Translations under genes and position numbers: made by a program
The notes under the pieces: model-generated
Seen by the model: only the letters and a program-made list of their open reading frames with translations
Databases searched by the model: none
What the model was told of the DNA's origin: nothing
In this document: in pieces, positions 52,326-64,000 of the stretch
How positions within the stretch are numbered: position 1 is the stretch's first letter
Layout of the letters: every line of letters begins with the position of its first letter
Assembly (NCBI GenBank): GCA_000934665.2
Contig: KZ538066.1
Span: 62,001 to 126,000 of the forward strand
Length of the DNA: 64,000 bases
Reading direction: 5' to 3'
DNA from: Catajapyx aquilonaris
Lineage: Eukaryota

Positions 52326-54596
52326 ATAGCGCTAAAAAGTAGCAGTGATTGATACATCACTGATAAAAAGCAGGGATTGGTGTTAACAGCTCTTGTGAAT
52401 AGCAGTGATTCATATAATGTCAGAACTTAAATGGTTACGTGTCAGTAATTGGTGTTAACAACTGTTATGAACAGCAGTGATTCATGTAGATGGAACTTAT
52501 ACGTAGCAGTGATCAGTGGGAAAAGCACTTACAATTAGGGGCGATTTACACAGCACGTATAAATAGCAGTGAGCGGTGTTAACAGCTCTTGCGAATAGGA
52601 GTTATTTATTTCAATTAAATTTATACCGGTACGTAGCAGTGATTCATGTGAATAGCACTTGTAAGTAGCAGTGACTCGTGTAATATAGCAGTTATTTGCT
52701 AAAAAGCAGTGATTTGCATAACAGCATTTGTTGATATTAGATTATTTAAAAGTACCTGTCACAGTGATTTGCTCTCATCGCCTTCCCTCTCACTTTTCGT
52801 GCTCTTTTCCGGCCTGAAAATGATTTATACAGTATAGATGAAGGTTTTTACGAGCGCTATCGAATGCGCACCCACAATCGCGCAAGTTCGTTGTTCCGAC
52901 AGCAACATTGCCACAGTTACTTCTCAGGGGCCAAATTCACACATGTACAATCTGTCTCAATAAGTTTTGGCCACTTTATCCTGGCCTTGAAGCAACCCTT
53001 CACACATACACACCTCCTTAACGTAGTGTCTGTGCGAAGGGTTGCTTCAAGACCAGGATAAAATGGCCAAAAGTATTTGAACCCGATAGTATCCTCCAAG
53101 GTTGTTCCAGAGCCTCGTCGACGTCGCAAAAGTCGGCCATATTGTTACCATCTCAACCGTAGTGTTGGAAACAATTTGTGCGAACCAATGTGGTGCGAAC
53201 TGTGTTACGCACTCGGTTGCGCTCATTTAAAAAAAAAAAATCGTCGATAGTGCCAAATGTACCTTACCAGAATAAAGTGACAAAGCAACAAGCGACAAAG
53301 TAATATAAAATTTAACAATCCTAATCGCTGTTTATTGTCGACTACAATGAATTTCCTTCACTTATCTCTCACTTTTCCAGCCGTAAAATGACTTTCCTCC
53401 CGATTTCCCACCGCCCTTTTCTGCCCTTCCCATCCAAGCAAGGCGGCCATTAAAGAAATTGAAGCAGTCCTCATAGCTCCCAACCCTCCCCATCTATAAA
53501 AAAAACTAACCCCCCCCCACCTCCCACCCCTCCTACTGTTTTTATACCCAACCTATTTTCTAGGGGGGAAGCTAATAGGTTAAGTGGTCGAATCATAGCC
53601 TACTTGTGAACCTCACAGACAGTTGTTTTTAACGGTCTGGACAAGTGGGCCGGGTCTAGTTGGTTGCAGTGGGCGTGGCCATCAAATTGGGCCAGATCTG
53701 TCCAAGACAGCTTCCCGGATTTTTTTGGGGGGGGAGGGGGAGGTTATGAACCGGAAATATGCCCCCCCCACCGAAAAACTTGGCTCATTTACACAACCGG
53801 TTTGACAGTGTTTGTGCCCCGGATTAGATGATAGCCAAGCCCATTGATGGATTGATTTACGGATTGTTTCAGGGGTGATTCATGCCCGGTGGGTAAACTC
53901 GGACACGTGTAATATCACGATCTGGCCTGACCATGTCGCTAGAGTCGGCTCGTCATAAATGAATCAAAACTGATCGTTTTTCAGGATGGAAAAACGGTAG
54001 CCATTTTGGAAGGTAAATAGAGTGTGTTAATGGTGCGAACTGAACCGGTGAATTTAGTTAAAAATAGCAAATGGGCAACGCCACAATAACGTTCATCGTC
54101 ATGTGACGCACAGATGTATACACAACTCATAATAAGTTGATACGACATACCGTGCCTGGCAGGGCCACCAGACCGACAGTACCTGCGCTCTCACCCAAAA
54201 GACATACAGATGACACCATCTCATTTCTCTCTCTGCCCCGGGGCCGCCCATAGGGAGAGCAATAATAATTTTGCCCTTCCTGTCACACTACATTCGCGGA
54301 CGAAATGTCCAGTATATCAACAACTGAAACATGACTAGTCTCCCTGTACCGGGATCACGTACAAAATGAAACCCTGTTGGCCGTAAACAGCCAGAGAGTG
54401 TTCATTAACTAGGGTGTGATTAGATTTAAATCAATTCATTAATCGATTTAACACCCCCTCCCCCCACCTCGATGTCTGAAAACTCATTTTGGGGGAGGCG
54501 GCGCGGCGCTTTTGACTTTCAAGTCGGCCAGGGTTGGCTAACTACTGCAATTTGGACATTATCCGCCAATAGTCACGTACAAAATCACATCTATGC

Positions 54597-54686
54597 CATG
54601 TAGTACCAAATTACTCACGTATATGGCGCATCTCGATGCACACACTGCCACTTTTAGGGTCGTGCGAGAGGTTGTGGTACTACATG
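54597..54686 (-). mobile_element. 90-bp inverted-repeat element homologous to the core of the 7268-7563 foldback
   Basis: Perfect 12-bp ends CATGTAGTACCA/TGGTACTACATG; its reverse complement shares CTCGC.CGACCCT.AAAGTGG with 7388-7409. Confidence 0.75.
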
Positions 54687-55169
54687 CATCTTATGACTCC
54701 GGAGCCAATGATTATGAATATCCTTACATCTAGGAGCCTTCTTCGGATTCAGCAGTTTGTCAGCAGTCTAAGGGAAAGGGAGTCACCAGCTGGCGCCACT
54801 GGTAGAGCATGAGCTACGCGGGGCCATGTGAAGAATTGAAAGCTGTAGACTAATTGAGTTTCTCCCCTCTTCCCCCTTCCCCCTCTTCCCACTCCCTGCT
54901 GCCCTTCCTCTCACCACCCCACTTCCAAATCCGAACCGTTTTGACTACAGAAGAGCTTATTTGCACTGGAAAGGTGTTGAGATGTGCTCGGTGGCGCCCT
55001 CTCTAATCGCCTCCGATCCATTTTAAATATGGCCTCAACTCCCAGCTGGCCCGCACCTGGCCCAGGCTCTAGGAATTCTTAGTCAGGTTGTCAGCTTGGA
55101 AGCATCAGATTCGAATCGCTGATAACAGAGGGCAATTATGAAAGGTGGCTCGTCTGAACGGGATTGTGT

Positions 55170-55400
55170 CGGATCGTTCCGAATTGCTCAGGACTCTTCC
55201 GAATTGATATGAACTATTCCGAGTTGATCCGAACTGCTCCGAAATGGTTAGGACTGGTTCGAACTGCACTGAAATGCTCCAAATTGCTCTGAACTGCTCC
55301 AAATTGTCCGAACTGCTCCGAACTGCTACGAACTGCTCCGAACTGCTCCGAACTGCTCCGAACTGCTACGAACTGCTACGAACTGCTCCAAACTCTTCGA
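55170..55400. repeat. 10-bp minisatellite
   Basis: (CCGAACTGCT)n with variants. Confidence 0.95.
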
Positions 55401-56069
55401 AATTCTTCCGACGGACTCGTTTGGCGCACGAGAGTAAAATGGAACGAGGCGGACAACATAGGGTTAGTTCAGACGGGCCAACTTTGCAACTTTTTATATC
55501 TGGGTAGGAATGAGGTCCTTGGCCAAGGGGAAGGAGTAAGGGGGAGTAAGGGTGGCATAGAGTGGACTTGGAACCATTTTGACGAGGGTTGGAAATGGTC
55601 GTAGCAGCCGCTGCTTCACTTTCTTCTGCAGAAAGCTGCTGGAGAAAATGGTTCTAACCCCCTTCTCCTTATATAAGGACCATTACATTACGACACCCTA
55701 CCCCCACCCTCAACGCTCCCATCCAGTTAATGATGTGAAGATCGTAATCTCTGATTGGCTATTTTGCACGCGTTAGCCTTGCCTAATTAGACAGGATATT
55801 TGCTTTTCCCTCTTTTGGAAAGGAATCGTAGGGATTAAGACTGGCGCAAAAACTGGGGGAGGAGTAAAATACCGGCTGGTTATCTTAACACTGCAGTGGG
55901 AGGAGCTGCAGATTTACTGAGCTCTTTATCGCCCACTGTTCATGAATCAGGAATCGCCAAATTTGTTACTCGTTTTTTTTGACCCATTTTCAGCTTGCAG
56001 AGTAGCCTGTTTGAAAGACTAACTTGTGCTGTGATGTCGTATAAGGTCCAATATTGCAGAATATTGTAT

Positions 56070-57220
56070 CGCATGCAACACGTTTGATGAGAATTATCGA
56101 TTAAGCAATTTTTATGAAACATCGATAAATACAATCAATATTTCCATGATTTATAATCGATATTTTTATGTATTTGTAATCACGAATCGGTATCTTTCGA
56201 TATCTGGATTCGATGTTGTTTTATTATTTGTTATCACATTAATTTTAATAATGTGAGATCGATTTACAAAAAAAATGTCATTGTATGCATCATCTTTAAT
56301 GAGATCGAATATCGACTATGCAAATATTATAAAACATCGATTTGAAATATCAAAAATACGATAGATATTTCAATGATGTAAAATCGATATTTGTATAATC
56401 TCGAATATTTTTTTCTCGATATCCTATTTAGATAATTTCAATGTCTGGATTGGTTGTTTTTCGAATATTTGTCACTATGACATTTAATAAGTGCTGTTCG
56501 ATTTTATGACGTCAAAATTTCCCAATGAAATCAGATGCAATGTATCGATAGTATTTTCGATATTTCGGGTGAATATATCGAAATATTGCTTGTTCCATTA
56601 TCATATCGATATTTCAAACATCTAAATTTCCTTTCAAGCCCTTACATGAAATATATCGATCATGTGATGCTTAATATCGATCTCGTTTACGACATATCGA
56701 TATATAGTACAATCGAAGAAAAAAATCCCTCGGATGCAAGAAAATATTCACATCGTTTGTGATGTACCGTATCTAATCTATACCGATATATTTCCATATC
56801 GCCGTCCCCATTTTATATATCAGAATCGATATTTTGATATATTGAAGATATATCAAAATATCGCTTGTGAAAATATCGATGTGAATATTTTCTTGCATCC
56901 GTGGGAAAATGCTTCGATATATCGATATATCGTAAGCGAGATCGATATCAGGCATCGCACAATCGATATATTTCATGTAAAGGCTTGAAAGAAAATGTAA
57001 TATATTCTTGTCCATGAAATATATCGATGCCTAACATCGATATAGTTATATAGTGCAGTCCCAAATTCTCCAAAGCTTTGACCTAAAATATCTATATTGA
57101 TCATGGATGCAAGAAACTATTGACATAGTTTGCAATATATCGAATCGGTCCAATATATTTTCATATCGATATCTCCATTTTCCATATAAGAAGCGATATT
57201 TTGATATGTCGAACTGTCCC
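56070..57220. repeat. ATCGAT-rich degenerate block with internal inverted segments
   Basis: Dense ATCGAT/TATCGA words; TTTCAAGCC..TACATGAAATATATCGAT (~56630) is inverted relative to ATCGATATATTTCATGTAAAGGCTTGAAA (~56962). Confidence 0.8.
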
Positions 57221-58010
57221 CCCCCCCCCCCAAAAAAAAAATCTCGAACACTACTACCATGCGTCCCTGAGACTTCTTTTCCTTCATCATATCCTCTCTC
57301 CTCTCTGCCACAGAAGTTTGAGTAGCAAGATGAGGGAAATGGTCCCGGGAGTAAGGAAAAGCCCGTTTCTGTCAGCCAAAAGAATTTTCTGAGTCAAGGC
57401 CTTCAAGCAGCATCCTTGTTCCTTTTATTTAGAGTAAGTCTTCTGGAACGACGCCTCCTCACTCTTCACTTCTCGCTTGGAAGGAACCAAGATTTACTGC
57501 TTCTTCTTCTTCCTTCTCTAGCTCTTTTTTAACACCTCCCGTCATTAAAACCTTCCCCCATTTTCCACACTTGCAAATAGCTCCTAAGGTTACTTTTTGC
57601 AACGACCTCTGGGGTAGGTTCACACCAGGAGAGTTATCGACGTTTTATTCTTTTTAATTGGCGACAATGATGACGACGTTGGACCCCCCAAAAAAAATTT
57701 AAATGGAGGATGCCAAGGAGCTCCCTAAAGTCTTTGATCAACTTTTTTGGATTATGAGTTAATCTGCGGACTTATTCCAGCACGGTTGTAACTAGGCTCG
57801 TAAAAAAATTGTCAGGGTCATGCGCATGGGTGACGAAAAGTCGCACTTGCTAGTGTCTAAACGAGTGTGAAGGAAACGATAAGAAGATTTAGTTTTGAAT
57901 TGAAATTTTAAATTTAGATTAAAATTTAGTTATTACAATCATAAATAAAATAAATGCAATGTACGTTTGTAATAATATATACTGTATTCCTTTCTACGCC
58001 AACTAGTTGT

Positions 58011-58348
58011 ATGAATTTTTACACGGTATATTACTGACTATATTTACATACCCTGTAATGACAAAATGTTAAAGATACGCATATAAAATTTATTAGGCTT
58101 TATTCTGTTGAGAATTTGTTTAATTTTTAAAATGTTTATAATTTATACGAACAGTTAGATATTTTTTTCAAAGTAACCAAATTCTCGACAGAATAAAGCA
58201 CAATAAAATTTATGTACCCTTAAAACTAATACATTTGTCACATTTCAGTACGTAAATAAGGTCAGTAATGACATTACTGACCTTATTTACGTACTGTAAT
58301 GTGACAAATGTATGTTTACACTATACATTGTATAGTGTAAAAATTCAT
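58011..58348. mobile_element. Large AT-rich foldback with nested perfect palindromes
   Basis: ATGAATTTTTACAC/GTGTAAAAATTCAT ends; GCTTTATTCTGTTGAGAATTTG/CAAATTCTCGACAGAATAAAGC inner arms; 42-bp-arm palindrome at 58229-58313. Confidence 0.8.
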
Positions 58349-58367
58349 AAAATTAATTGGCTATATA

Positions 58368-58554
58368 TCTATATATTATAAAAGGCAAATTTGTTGGTTG
58401 GCTAGCTAGCTTGTTTATTTGTCCAAGTTTGGTTGCCATGAAAATGGATTACCATGGCATTAATAAAATAAATAAAAGTTGGTATACAAATTATTACTAT
58501 TTTTGCAATAATATTAGAGACATGCCATTTGGTATAAAGGGCACCGTTAGTTAG
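58368..58554 (+). mobile_element. Probable short non-autonomous Helitron (related 5' fragment at 18399-18460)
   Basis: A|TCTATATATTATAAAAGGCAA 5' end; hairpin TGCCATTT..AAAGGGCA then TTAG|T (CTAG variant); TATTATAAAAGGCAA..TTTGTCCA.GTTTGG shared with 18400. Confidence 0.55.
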
Positions 58555-59744
58555 TTATAGTCCAGGTTTGGTTTCCATGGCAGTATTAAAATAAATGTAA
58601 GTGAATAACAAATACAAACAAAAAGAGCAAATTTGAAATAATTACAGGCACTGGAAACTGTCGCGATTGCTGTTTTTTTTTAAAAAAAAAACTGGTTGCT
58701 GGAGCGAACAACCCGTAACATCCTGCAACAAATCGCTTCCAAATCTGGCACCAACCCGAAGATAGTAATCTTGGACCTCACACTTCCTATTTGTTTCCTC
58801 AACTTTTTTTTCCTATTTTTCTTTTACCCCCTCTTTTCGGGCAGCAGATGGCAGTAGAAGCGGCTATCGAAACATCCTGTTATTTTTTTGTTGTTGTTGG
58901 CTGCTACCAGATGTTGGTATCGAAAACTTTTCACTCTTTTTTTTTTTTTTAAAGGAGTACAGGCTAAAGAAAAGAGTTTTCTTGGGAGGGGGGGCAGAAC
59001 CTTCCAAAAGCTTTTGCTCACCAGTAATAAGTGGGTACCATTGTGGACTGGAAGGCAACCCCTTTTCCAAGCGAATCTGGAAGCCTCTTTTAATAGGCCC
59101 CGCGGTATAGGTAGGGTAGGTATATAGGCCACCCCCGGAATCGCGGATTTCTCCTTTTGGCAGCACGGACAAAGTCGTCATTGCCGGTTGAGACGTGCAG
59201 GACGTGTTCCAAATCCGCAACAAGAAACCCGGATTCCAACCCCTTCCATGCAACTCCTCTCCCTCCTCCACCACCACCACACCCGTCTCTTGACCGGGCG
59301 CTAGAACTTTGTCGCCGATAAAGCTCGCCGAAATTGAATTTGACAAAAAGGGGAGGGGGAAGAAAAAAATCGGCGAAAACTTATTCGGCTGAAAATAAAT
59401 TCGGCTGCCAAGTGACATTCGGTCAAAAATGTGCGAATATTTACTCGCCGAAAAACAATTCGTCAATAGGTAAAAATATTGTTACGATTGTTTGTTAACA
59501 GTAAATTATCCAATCACTATTCTGCTAATGACCATTTAGCACGTATGAAGTTGGCCAACACTTTGGAAAAATTTTACGTTAACATTTGTTAAAGAGGTAA
59601 CTTTACTAGATTAAGTATAAGGCAAAAATTTTAGGTTAACAATTAGGGGAAATTTGGTTAGCAGGTAAAATATTAGTTAAATATCATGTTAAAATATATG
59701 TTAAATATCAGGGTGAATTAAAAGTTAATATCACGTTAAATATT

Positions 59745-60320
59745 AGAGGTAAAATATTAGGTATTATTAGGTAAAATATTAGTTCATTTCTGGTAAAATA
59801 TTAGTTTCATTTCAGGTAAAATATTAGTTTCGTTTCAGGTAAAAGCATTAGTTTCATTTCAGGTAAAATATTAGTTTCATTTCAGGTAAAATATTAGTTT
59901 CGTTTCAGGTAAAATGTTAGTTTCGTTTCAGGTAAAATATTAGTTTCATTTCAGGTAAAATATTAGTTTCACTTTAGGTAAAAGCATTAGTTTCATTTCA
60001 GGTAAAATATTAGTTTCGTTTCAGGTAAAATATTAGTTTCGTTTCAGGTAAAATTAGTTTCGTTTCAGGTAAAATATTAGTTTCATTTCTGGTAAAATAT
60101 TAGTTTCATTTCTGGTAAAATATTAGTTTCACTTCAGGTAAAAGCATTAGTTTCATTTCAGGTAAAATATTAGTTTCATTTCAGGTAAAAGCATTAGTTT
60201 CATTTCAGGTAAAATATTAGTTTCATTTCAGGTAAAAGCATTAGTTTCATTTCAGGTAAAATATTAGTTTCATTTCAGGTAAAAGCATTAGTTTCATTTC
60301 AGGTAAAATATTAGTTTAGT
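59745..60320. repeat. 23-24 bp minisatellite
   Basis: CAGGTAAAATATTAGTTTCATTT and CAGGTAAAAGCATTAGTTTCATTT, more than 20 units. Confidence 0.97.
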
Positions 60321-62169
60321 AGCAGGTTAAAATGGTATAGTTTAGCACTAGGTTGAAATGCAGCTATTAGTTAACAACGCTGATATTACTGTAATTACAT
60401 ATCGGCATCAGTTACATATTTATATTAGCTAACACATCAATGATACAGTACTACAGTAGTTAAATATTAATATTACGTTAAAATGTGTTAATATTAGGTT
60501 AAAATATTACGTTATTTCTCGGTGAGAAAATATTTAATTCTCTCGCTGAAAGTGTATGTTGCTATTCGCGTCGTAGTTATTCAAGTTTGCGAAAATGTGG
60601 GTCCATCTCATTGCTTTTTTTTTGGCCAAATATGTGAGTCATATTTTGCTGAAATTTATTTTCGCAGCCGAGTTTTATCCGGGAACCCTGTAACTTGGGG
60701 GCGCATGCGCTCAACTCGGCCCTTTCTCCCTCAGGAGACTCCGGTAAATTGATGGTGATGAACACGTCTTCAGGTGGCGGGGTATAAGGCCCAGTAAATC
60801 CGGGCGGAGAGATAAGGTCCGTTTGGTTCCGGTTTTATGTCCGGAAAGTCGTCCCTTGTGCGGTGTTGTCCCAAGAGACGGTTGCCAACAGGTTCGGCAC
60901 AACGGCTCTGTTGGGAGCCCTTTTCTCCTGCGAAAACGTGCAAATTTGAGACCCAATTTTTTTGACAAATAAAATCCTCGAAAATATTCGAGCCAAGCCA
61001 AGAACCGAGACTAATAATCATTATATCGCGCAAAATTTCCACTACTTACTACTTACCCGCTTTTCCAATTATTCAACCCAAAACTCGCCAAAATACAATC
61101 CGGCTAATTAGCCCCATTGATTAACCGGGTCAAGTTATGCAAAAAAGTATCTAAAATCTTTAGAGCCTTATTCGCCAATTATAAATAAACGTTAAGTCTA
61201 CCAAGCAGGGTTACCAGACGAATTTTCAGCAGAAAGTTTTGTATAAATCTGGAAGATTTGCTGCCCGTTTTCTCGGGGGTTGGGTCAATCCCAAGCAATT
61301 ACGAAACCTCGCAAAAAAAACGAGGGTTAAAAAAAAGAAAATATGACTGCAAATAATTCGTCCTCGGAACAACTGCGGGGACGTCTTTCCGTAAATTCCA
61401 CGTCACGCCCAGGTAACGAATTTTCGTTAAGCATAATGAGGCTTTCCGTTTTCTTGAGAGTACAAAAAGAAGAAAATAGGGACTTTTCTTTGTTGAAAAG
61501 AAAAAAATATATATAATATATCCTCCTACTTTCTTACAAGGAATAAGAGTATAAGAAGCTAAGTACATGGAGTAGGTAAGAAGATTGGCGAAATTAGACT
61601 GCATTTTTTTTTTGAAATGTGACGTCCACTTTAGACATTTGCATTAGGCTCTATATAGTTGCTTTCCACGTGATGCTAATTTCATGAATTTTGTGGCAAA
61701 AAAATTATATGAAATGATTTCGCATATTACATTCCATTGTACGATATGGAGTTGAAAAATTCAAGATTTGTACTACTTTGACCTCATGCTATTTTCACAA
61801 TTATTTCAGCCATCAACTTTTTTTTGATGTTATGTATACCTTTCCCGCACAATGATACGGCAATCTCAGTAGTACTGAAGAAATTTTCAATTACTATTTG
61901 TTTAAAAGGTAACTTAATTCATTAATTATTAGTTAAATTATTAAGTTAACATCAGAGAAAAATCACCTAATATATTAAGCTAATATCAGAGTAAAATCAC
62001 TTAATATATTGGGTTATTATCAGGGAAAAATCACTTAATATATAAGGTTAATATCAAGGAAAAATCCTATTAATATATTAGTTGACTTGAGGTAAATGTT
62101 GCATTAGTAATAGTTTGACTTTAAATTATTGGTCAAGTTTTAGGTAAAATAATAGCTTAGTATTTGGTT

Positions 62170-63515
62170 AAAATTGGTTTAATATTAAGTAAAAATAATA
62201 GTTTAAAATTAAGTAAAAATAATAGTTTAATATTATGTAAAAAATTAGTTTAATATTAAGTAAAAATAATAGTTTAATATTAAGTAAAAATAATAGTTTA
62301 ATATTAAGTAAAAATAATAGTTTAATATTAAGTAAAAATAATAGTTTAATATTAAGTAAAAATAATAGTTTAATATTAAGTAAAAACAAGCTCTTGGTAA
62401 AAATAATAGTTTACTATTAAGTAAAAACAAGCTCTTGGTAAAAATAATAGTTTAATATTAAGTAAAAAATAGTTTAATATTAAGTAATAATAGTAGTTTA
62501 ATATTAAGTAAAAACAAGCTCTTGGTAAAAATAATAGTTTAATATTAAGTAAAAAATAGTTTAATATTAAGTAAAAATAATAGTTTAATATTAAGTAAAA
62601 ATAATAGTTTAATATTAAGTAAAAACAAGCTCTTGGTAAAAATAATAGTTTAATATTAAGTAAAAAATAGTTTAATATTAAGTAAAAATAATAGTTTAAT
62701 ATTAAGTAAAAACAAGCTTTTGGTAAAAATAATAGTTTAATATTAAGTAAAAACAAGCTCTTGGTAAAAATAATAGTTTAATATTAAGTAAAAACAAGCT
62801 CTTGGTAAAAATAATAGTTTAATATTAAGTAAAAAATAGTTTAATATTAAGTAAAAATAATAGTTTAATATTAAGTAAAAATAATAGTTTAATATTAAGT
62901 AAAAATAATAGTTTAATATTAAGTAAAAATAATAGTTTAATATTAAGTAAAAATAATAGTTTAATATTAAGTAAAAATAATAGTTTAATATTAAGTAAAA
63001 ATAATAGTTTAATATTAAGTAAAAATAATAGTTTAATATTAAGTAAAAACAAGCTCTTGGTAAAAATAATAGTTTAATATTAAGTAAAAACAAGCTCTTG
63101 GTAAAAATAATAGTTTAATATTAAGTAAAAACAAGCTCTTGGTAAAAATAATAGTTTAATATTAAGTAAAAAAATAGTTTAATATTAAGTAAAAATAATA
63201 GTTTAATATTAAGTAAAAATAATAGTTTAATATTAAGTAAAAATAATAGTTTGATATTAAGTAAAAATAATAGTTTAATATTAAGTAAAAATAATAGTTT
63301 AATATTAAGTAAAAACAAGCTCTTGGTAAAAATAATAGTTTAATATTAAGTAAAAAAATAGTTTAATATTAAGTAAAAAAATAGTTTAATATTAAGTAAA
63401 AAAATAGTTTAATATTAAGTAAAAAAATAGTTTAATATTAAGAAAAAAAAATAGTTTAATATTAAGTAAAAATAATAGTTTAATATTAAGTAAAAATAAT
63501 AGTTTAATATTTACT
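62170..63515. repeat. 24-bp satellite with interspersed 17-bp variant
   Basis: AAAATAATAGTTTAATATTAAGTA units punctuated by AAAACAAGCTCTTGGTA. Confidence 0.97.
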
Positions 63516-64000
63516 AAGCTATTATTTTAACTAATACTAAGCTATTATTTTAACTGATACTAAGCTATTATTTTAACCTAATATTAGGTTAATATTGGTT
63601 TAGTAGATTATTATGTTTAAATATTGGTTTAGTATTAGGTTAGGTTACTTTTCAACATCCTTTCACACCTTTCCTCACCTCTCTACAAACCTTTTCATAC
63701 CATTCCCCATCCCCCCAATCTTCACCCCATTGTCACCTGAACCATTCATAAAATTAGTGTCCGCACTTTAATTAAGCCACAATTATTGTCCCCTCAAAAA
63801 AATGTCAACTAAGGTGTTTCGCGTCAAGCATCCCCATGCAGCACCATAAGAGCGCAAAAAAAAAATCCAAATGTTTTTTCCCCGCCCTTTCAAGGGAAGG
63901 CAGTGCAATGTGCGCGTTTCAGTGGAAAAAAGGTGGTGGGGGATGGAGGAAGGGGTAGCATTTTGTGGGAGTGAAGTGGGGAGAAGGGGGTGAGGGGTAT

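Noticed and set aside
58864..59466. 200-aa ORF
   Set aside because: Crosses homopolymer tracts; no recognisable protein features.
62168..63318. Repetitive ORFs (FLLNIKLL)n and (YYFYLILN)n
   Set aside because: Translations of a 24-bp satellite.
1..64000. Prokaryotic or phage gene system
   Set aside because: No coding density, operons or long ORFs; the content is eukaryotic repeats and microsatellites.

Overview
Eukaryotic, AT-rich, almost entirely non-coding DNA with an invertebrate, arthropod-like look (inferred from degenerate (TTAGG/CCTAA)n stretches, a Lep1-type Helitron and CTCF-like words). I recognise no protein-coding gene, rRNA, tRNA or CRISPR array. Most ORFs in the track are read-throughs of satellites or palindromes. 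The window alternates between AT-rich degenerate or minisatellite blocks and ~0.5-1 kb more GC-rich islands with poly-G/C and GA tracts. Well-supported elements are a Tc1/mariner-type MITE, a Mutator-like element with a 9-bp TSD, non-autonomous Helitrons, several foldbacks and palindromes, an orphan RTE-LINE-like structured 5' leader and many minisatellites. The best leads are that RTE-like leader (possible ribozyme), two weakly similar orphan minus-strand exon-like ORFs, a small inverted-repeat family carrying a CTCF-like motif, and an exact duplication beside an assembly N. All analysis was by eye; no searches were run.
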